Assembly (NCBI GenBank): GCA_032250735.1
Contig: JAVVEP010000005.1
Location: 91,602-155,601 of the forward strand
Direction of reading: 5' to 3'
DNA: 64,000 nucleotides
Source of the DNA: Gammaproteobacteria bacterium
GTDB taxonomy: Bacteria > Pseudomonadota > Gammaproteobacteria > SZUA-152
Shown: positions 60,592-64,000 of the stretch, one piece after another
Layout of the letters: every line of letters begins with the position of its first letter
How positions within the stretch are numbered: the stretch's first letter is position 1
Program-made: the position numbers and the translations under genes
The notes under the pieces: generated by a model
Told to the model about the DNA's origin: nothing
Database searches by the model: none
Seen by the model: only the letters and a program-made list of their open reading frames with translations

Positions 60592-60792
60592 TCATTTTAA
60601 ACCGGTCTGCCGCAGGATGGCGGCGACCAAACCTTTACCGAGGTCTTTGCGCGGATGCGGAACAGTAACGCTCCCCGGCTTGTGCGGATGCGAGAACTGA
60701 TGATGGCTGCCGCGAACTCGGGTTAAGCACCATCCGTTGGCTTCCAATATTTTGATCAGTTCCCTGCTGTTCACGTCGCCGATGATACACAT
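60592..60792 (-). CDS. hicA: HicA-family mRNA interferase toxin
   Basis: 66 aa, SRELIKILEANGW...GSHHQFSHP (YcfA/HicA motif). Confidence 0.7.
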   Translation of the reverse strand: MCIIGDVNSRELIKILEANGWCLTRVRGSHHQFSHPHKPGSVTVPHPRKDLGKGLVAAILRQTGLK

Positions 60793-60917
60793 CTACACAC
60801 GAAAAACAACGGCGTTGTCAGGTGGGCAGACCCCCAGGCCTGCCCCTACCGGTTCGAGATGGTGATAAGAATGTAGGGGCGGACCTGTGTGTCCTCCCTT
60901 TGCGTATAGCCCAGGCG

Positions 60918-61889
60918 CTATGCCGCGGCGGCCCGCGCCTGTTCCCGCACGTAGTCTTCCAGCTTGATGGTGTCGGCGGTGAAGTTGCGGATGCCTTCGG
61001 CGAGTTTTTCCGTGGCCATGGCGTCGCTGTTCATGAGCCAGCGGAAGCCGGGTTCGGAGACATCGATGGGCGCGACGCTGTGGCCCTTGGCGCCTTGCAC
61101 CGAGAGCCTGGGGGTGAGCACGCCGTCGAGGTTTTGCAGTTGTTCCATGAGGTCCGGGGCGATGGTGAGCAGGTCGCAGCCGGCGAGTTCCAGGATCTCT
61201 TCCTTGTTGCGGAAGCTGGCGCCCATCACCTGGGTCTTGTAGCCGAAGTGCTTGAAGTAGTTGTAGATGGCGGTGACGGACTTCACGCCCGGGTCGTCCA
61301 TCGGCACATAGCCTTCCACGTGCTCGACCTTCTTATACCAATCCAGGATGCGGCCCACGAAGGGCGAGATCAGCGTCACGCCGGCCTCGGCGGCGGCCAC
61401 GGCCTGGGCCATATCGAACAGCAGGGTGCAGTTGCAGTGGATGCCGTCCAGCTCCAGTTGCTTGGCGGCCTGGATGCCCTCCCAGGTGGAGGCGATCTTG
61501 ATCAGGATGCGATCGCGGTCCACCCCGGCCTCCTCGTAGAGGTCGATGAGGTGCTGGGCGCGCAGCAGGGTGGCCTCGGTGTTGAACGACAGGCGCGCGT
61601 CCACCTCGGTGGAGACGCGGCCGGGGACGATCTTCAAAATCTCGGTGCCGAAGTTGACGGCGATTTTGTCCAGGATCAGGCGGATTTGCTCCTGCTCGTT
61701 GTGGGCATGGGTCTTGCCGTAGTGGATGGCCGATTCCACGTGCTCGCGGTATTGTGGCATCTGCGCCGCCTTCAGCAGCAGGGAGGGATTGGTGGTGGCG
61801 TCGATGGGGTGATAGCGCTCGATGGCCTCGATATCGCCGGTGTCCGCCACGACCGTGGTGATGGTTTTTAGTTGTTCCAGCAGATTCAT
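60918..61889 (-). CDS. tal: Transaldolase
   Basis: 323 aa, ADTGDIEAI and TTNPSL motifs. Confidence 0.9.
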   Translation of the reverse strand: MNLLEQLKTITTVVADTGDIEAIERYHPIDATTNPSLLLKAAQMPQYREHVESAIHYGKTHAHNEQEQIRLILDKIAVNFGTEILKIVPGRVSTEVDARLSFNTEATLLRAQHLIDLYEEAGVDRDRILIKIASTWEGIQAAKQLELDGIHCNCTLLFDMAQAVAAAEAGVTLISPFVGRILDWYKKVEHVEGYVPMDDPGVKSVTAIYNYFKHFGYKTQVMGASFRNKEEILELAGCDLLTIAPDLMEQLQNLDGVLTPRLSVQGAKGHSVAPIDVSEPGFRWLMNSDAMATEKLAEGIRNFTADTIKLEDYVREQARAAAA

Positions 61890-62315
61890 GCTTCGTTCCT
61901 CTCGGTATGTGACAGGGATCTATCTCCCATTCGGACGCTTATAGCCCAGTAATGTTGCGGTTGCGCGGGGCGACAACTTTAATGGGCCCGCGACCCCGGC
62001 AGTCGATCCAGTGCGGCGTTGAAGGCCACCAGGTCCAGCGCCCCGCTTTTTTGGGTGCTATAAGCCATTTCATAAAACCTTGGCGGCTTGCCTGCAAGGC
62101 ATTCTTAAGCTGGATGATGGAGGCCTTGTAGTCGCCCTTGGCATGGCGTTTCTGCGCCTGAAGTACGTTGGGGCGTGAGGCGCGCGAGGCGGGAACATGA
62201 GTCTGGATATCGGGTGCAGTTGTCCACAAAGCAAGTAGATGCGGGGAGCGCATTCCACCCTTCGCTACAATGGCATGCCTGGGCGCGAGGGCTAGGCGGG
62301 GGTGGGTAAATCGGT

Positions 62316-62537
62316 CTATCTGGCGTGGTCGCGGCTGTTATGGTCGTAGTAGTCCATGAGCAGCGCCCGCAGCTTTTCGGCCATGGTTACGCCTTCATCT
62401 GCCGCGTTCTTCTTGATGGCGCGATGCAGATCCTCGGACAGGTCCAGGGTCAGGCGCTTGATTTTGGCCGACTTCGCCGCGACGCTGGCGCGCCTGGCAT
62501 CGTAAAGGTTTTCAGTATCGAGCTGTGTCATGAGCAT
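62316..62537 (-). CDS. Ribbon-helix-helix (CopG/ParG-like) small DNA-binding protein
   Basis: 73-aa orphan ORF in an AT-rich region (KRLTLDLSEDLHRAIKKNAADEGVTMAE). Confidence 0.45.
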   Translation of the reverse strand: MLMTQLDTENLYDARRASVAAKSAKIKRLTLDLSEDLHRAIKKNAADEGVTMAEKLRALLMDYYDHNSRDHAR

Positions 62538-62927
62538 CCTTAATTTCAGAATGGTTGAATGTGCTTGAAGGGCTTAAGGCAGTTTCCGTGCCAGACCAAA
62601 TGATACCGGCAGTTTCCCAAGCAACTCCCATTATATGCGGGCGGTTTAAAATTGCTAGTACATCATCCTGTCGGCTGTCCGCCACAACTGGCGAAAGCCT
62701 AAATATCCCACGCTCGGTGTACGTGAGAAATGACGGCAAGCAACGGGGCTATGCGGCCGAGAGGACCTTTCTTGAACAAGGCCTTGAACAAGGCGGCTCT
62801 GAAACAGGGTTGTCGGGAATTTTTACGTTAGTTATAACTATTTGTTTATAAAGATAATGTATGGAATATTCGGCGTCAATTTAGCGCCGGCACTGAGGAG
62901 CTCGCGGCCAAGGGCGCGGTGAGGTCC

Positions 62928-62987
62928 AGCGATTTGTCGGATTAACTAGCGATTTATCGGATTAACCAGCGATTCGTCGGATTAGTT
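62928..62987. repeat. Three tandem 20-bp direct repeats (agcgatttRtcggattaacY), iteron-like
   Basis: Units at 62928-62947, 62948-62967 and 62968-62987, about 210 bp upstream of the PEP-CTERM gene. Confidence 0.6.
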
Positions 62988-63197
62988 TACAGAATGGCGG
63001 ATTTACAGATAGGCTGAATCCATAACATATTGATATTGAAATAGAAAGATATTGTGGCCCAATTTATGCCTTATGTAATTACAGAAACACGGAATTTTGC
63101 CGGTTTGTTTCTCAGAGTGGTGATCACGGGCAATGCAAGCCAATGGAAAGCGGATACGCCCACTTTGCAACTGTATGGAAACTAGGAGAAAGTAATC

Positions 63198-63875
63198 ATG
63201 AACAAGCTTACAAAAATTGCGGCGGCATCTGTCGTTACACTAGGATTGGGATTAGGCATGGCGGGGCAGGCGCAGGCAGTGGTGTTTTATCAGGACACTG
63301 TCGCTAACTGGCTGGCGGCTGGATCAGTACTAGACGCTGATGGCGACACAACGTGGGATCTCGCCAGCTATAGTGATGGGACTGGAGCTTATGATGATAT
63401 TGGCTGGGCGGTCGTCACGCTATCAGAAGATGATGTGGGCGGTGAAGACATCTATAAAGTCTCGCTCAATTTTGTGGAATCGCCAATCAGCGGGTTTGGC
63501 CCGAGCCAAAGTTCCTTCTGGAATTATGTCGCGAATGTCGTCCTTCCGAGTGACGAAAATTTCCTCCATGTCAGTATGGACAGCGATGTTCCTGCAGATA
63601 CCTCTATTGTCAACGTCACCAAGGAAATTACTCTCAGTGACGGGACTGTTGTCACGCTGCAGAGCATGGCCGGCGCTCCAGACGGCCCGAGTCCTCTCTC
63701 AGGCCAATCTATTAGCATGAACGAAACGTTTGTGGCCGGTGAGGATGGTATCCTCAACAGCACCACCAATACCTTTGTACTCGCAGCAATCCCCGAACCC
63801 GGCAGTATTCTCCTGTTCGGCATCGGGCTCATGGGCATGGTCTTCGGTCAGCGCAAGATGGCGCGTCGTGTCTAG
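63198..63875 (+). CDS. PEP-CTERM sorting-domain secreted protein
   Basis: Signal peptide, then a C-terminal IPEPGS motif, a transmembrane helix and a basic tail (QRKMARRV). Lower GC than the rest of the window. Confidence 0.7.
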   Translation: MNKLTKIAAASVVTLGLGLGMAGQAQAVVFYQDTVANWLAAGSVLDADGDTTWDLASYSDGTGAYDDIGWAVVTLSEDDVGGEDIYKVSLNFVESPISGFGPSQSSFWNYVANVVLPSDENFLHVSMDSDVPADTSIVNVTKEITLSDGTVVTLQSMAGAPDGPSPLSGQSISMNETFVAGEDGILNSTTNTFVLAAIPEPGSILLFGIGLMGMVFGQRKMARRV

Positions 63876-63908
63876 TTTGGTCGCTTAGTTGTTTAGTTTA
63901 AAAAACGA

Positions 63909-63937
63909 AGAAAAAGGGGCGGTTTCCGCCCCTTTTT
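63909..63937 (+). terminator. Rho-independent terminator
   Basis: aaaaaggggcggtttccgcccctttttc hairpin followed by a T-run. Confidence 0.8.
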
Positions 63938-64000
63938 CTTGGGTGGCATGTTTGGGTAGCACGATTGGGCAGCACGGCCCTGCCGTGAGCAAAAATTGAA

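Overview
This is a high-GC (about 65%) gammaproteobacterial chromosomal window, read from sequence only; the off-strand ORFs in the six-frame track are mostly antisense artefacts of GC-rich coding sequence (see noticed_but_rejected). Coordinates were counted by hand against the ORF track and may be off by 1 nt in places.

Recognisable content, in order:
- A SleB-type cell-wall hydrolase gene.
- An Fur-box-controlled Fe3+ ABC importer (permease plus binding protein) with no ATPase gene in the operon.
- The conserved ygfB-pepP-ubiH-ubiI block, divergent from a coiled-coil gene, zapA, a putative 6S RNA (ssrS) and ygfA.
- A three-gene operon encoding secreted c-type-heme and LamG proteins plus a Tat-exported DUF1501-like protein; I consider this the most likely uncharacterised system in the window.
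- A receiver-GGDEF protein with a degenerate active site and intact I-site, divergent from a roughly 17-kb MSHA-type type IV pilus locus. That locus runs mshI(PilN-like)-J-K-L-M-N-E-G-A, a 1290-aa MshQ-like adhesin, four minor pilins and a PilM-like mshI, in a non-canonical order.
- glnA-DUF4124-ntrB-ntrC with a sigma-54 promoter.
- A CDF transporter with tusA and a PP-loop ATPase, then plsY, folB and folK.
- Several c-di-GMP signalling proteins, and a lower-GC island holding a PAS histidine kinase bracketed by palindromic repeat arrays.
- A pterin and methyltransferase cluster, uppP, rlmJ, a mazG-like gene, hicAB, tal, and an AT-rich tail with a PEP-CTERM protein.

Two families of miniature inverted-repeat elements (MITE-like) occur, three tandem 20-bp iterons lie upstream of the PEP-CTERM gene, and a tandem 45-bp duplication carrying hairpins sits in the 5' end of a minor-pilin gene.
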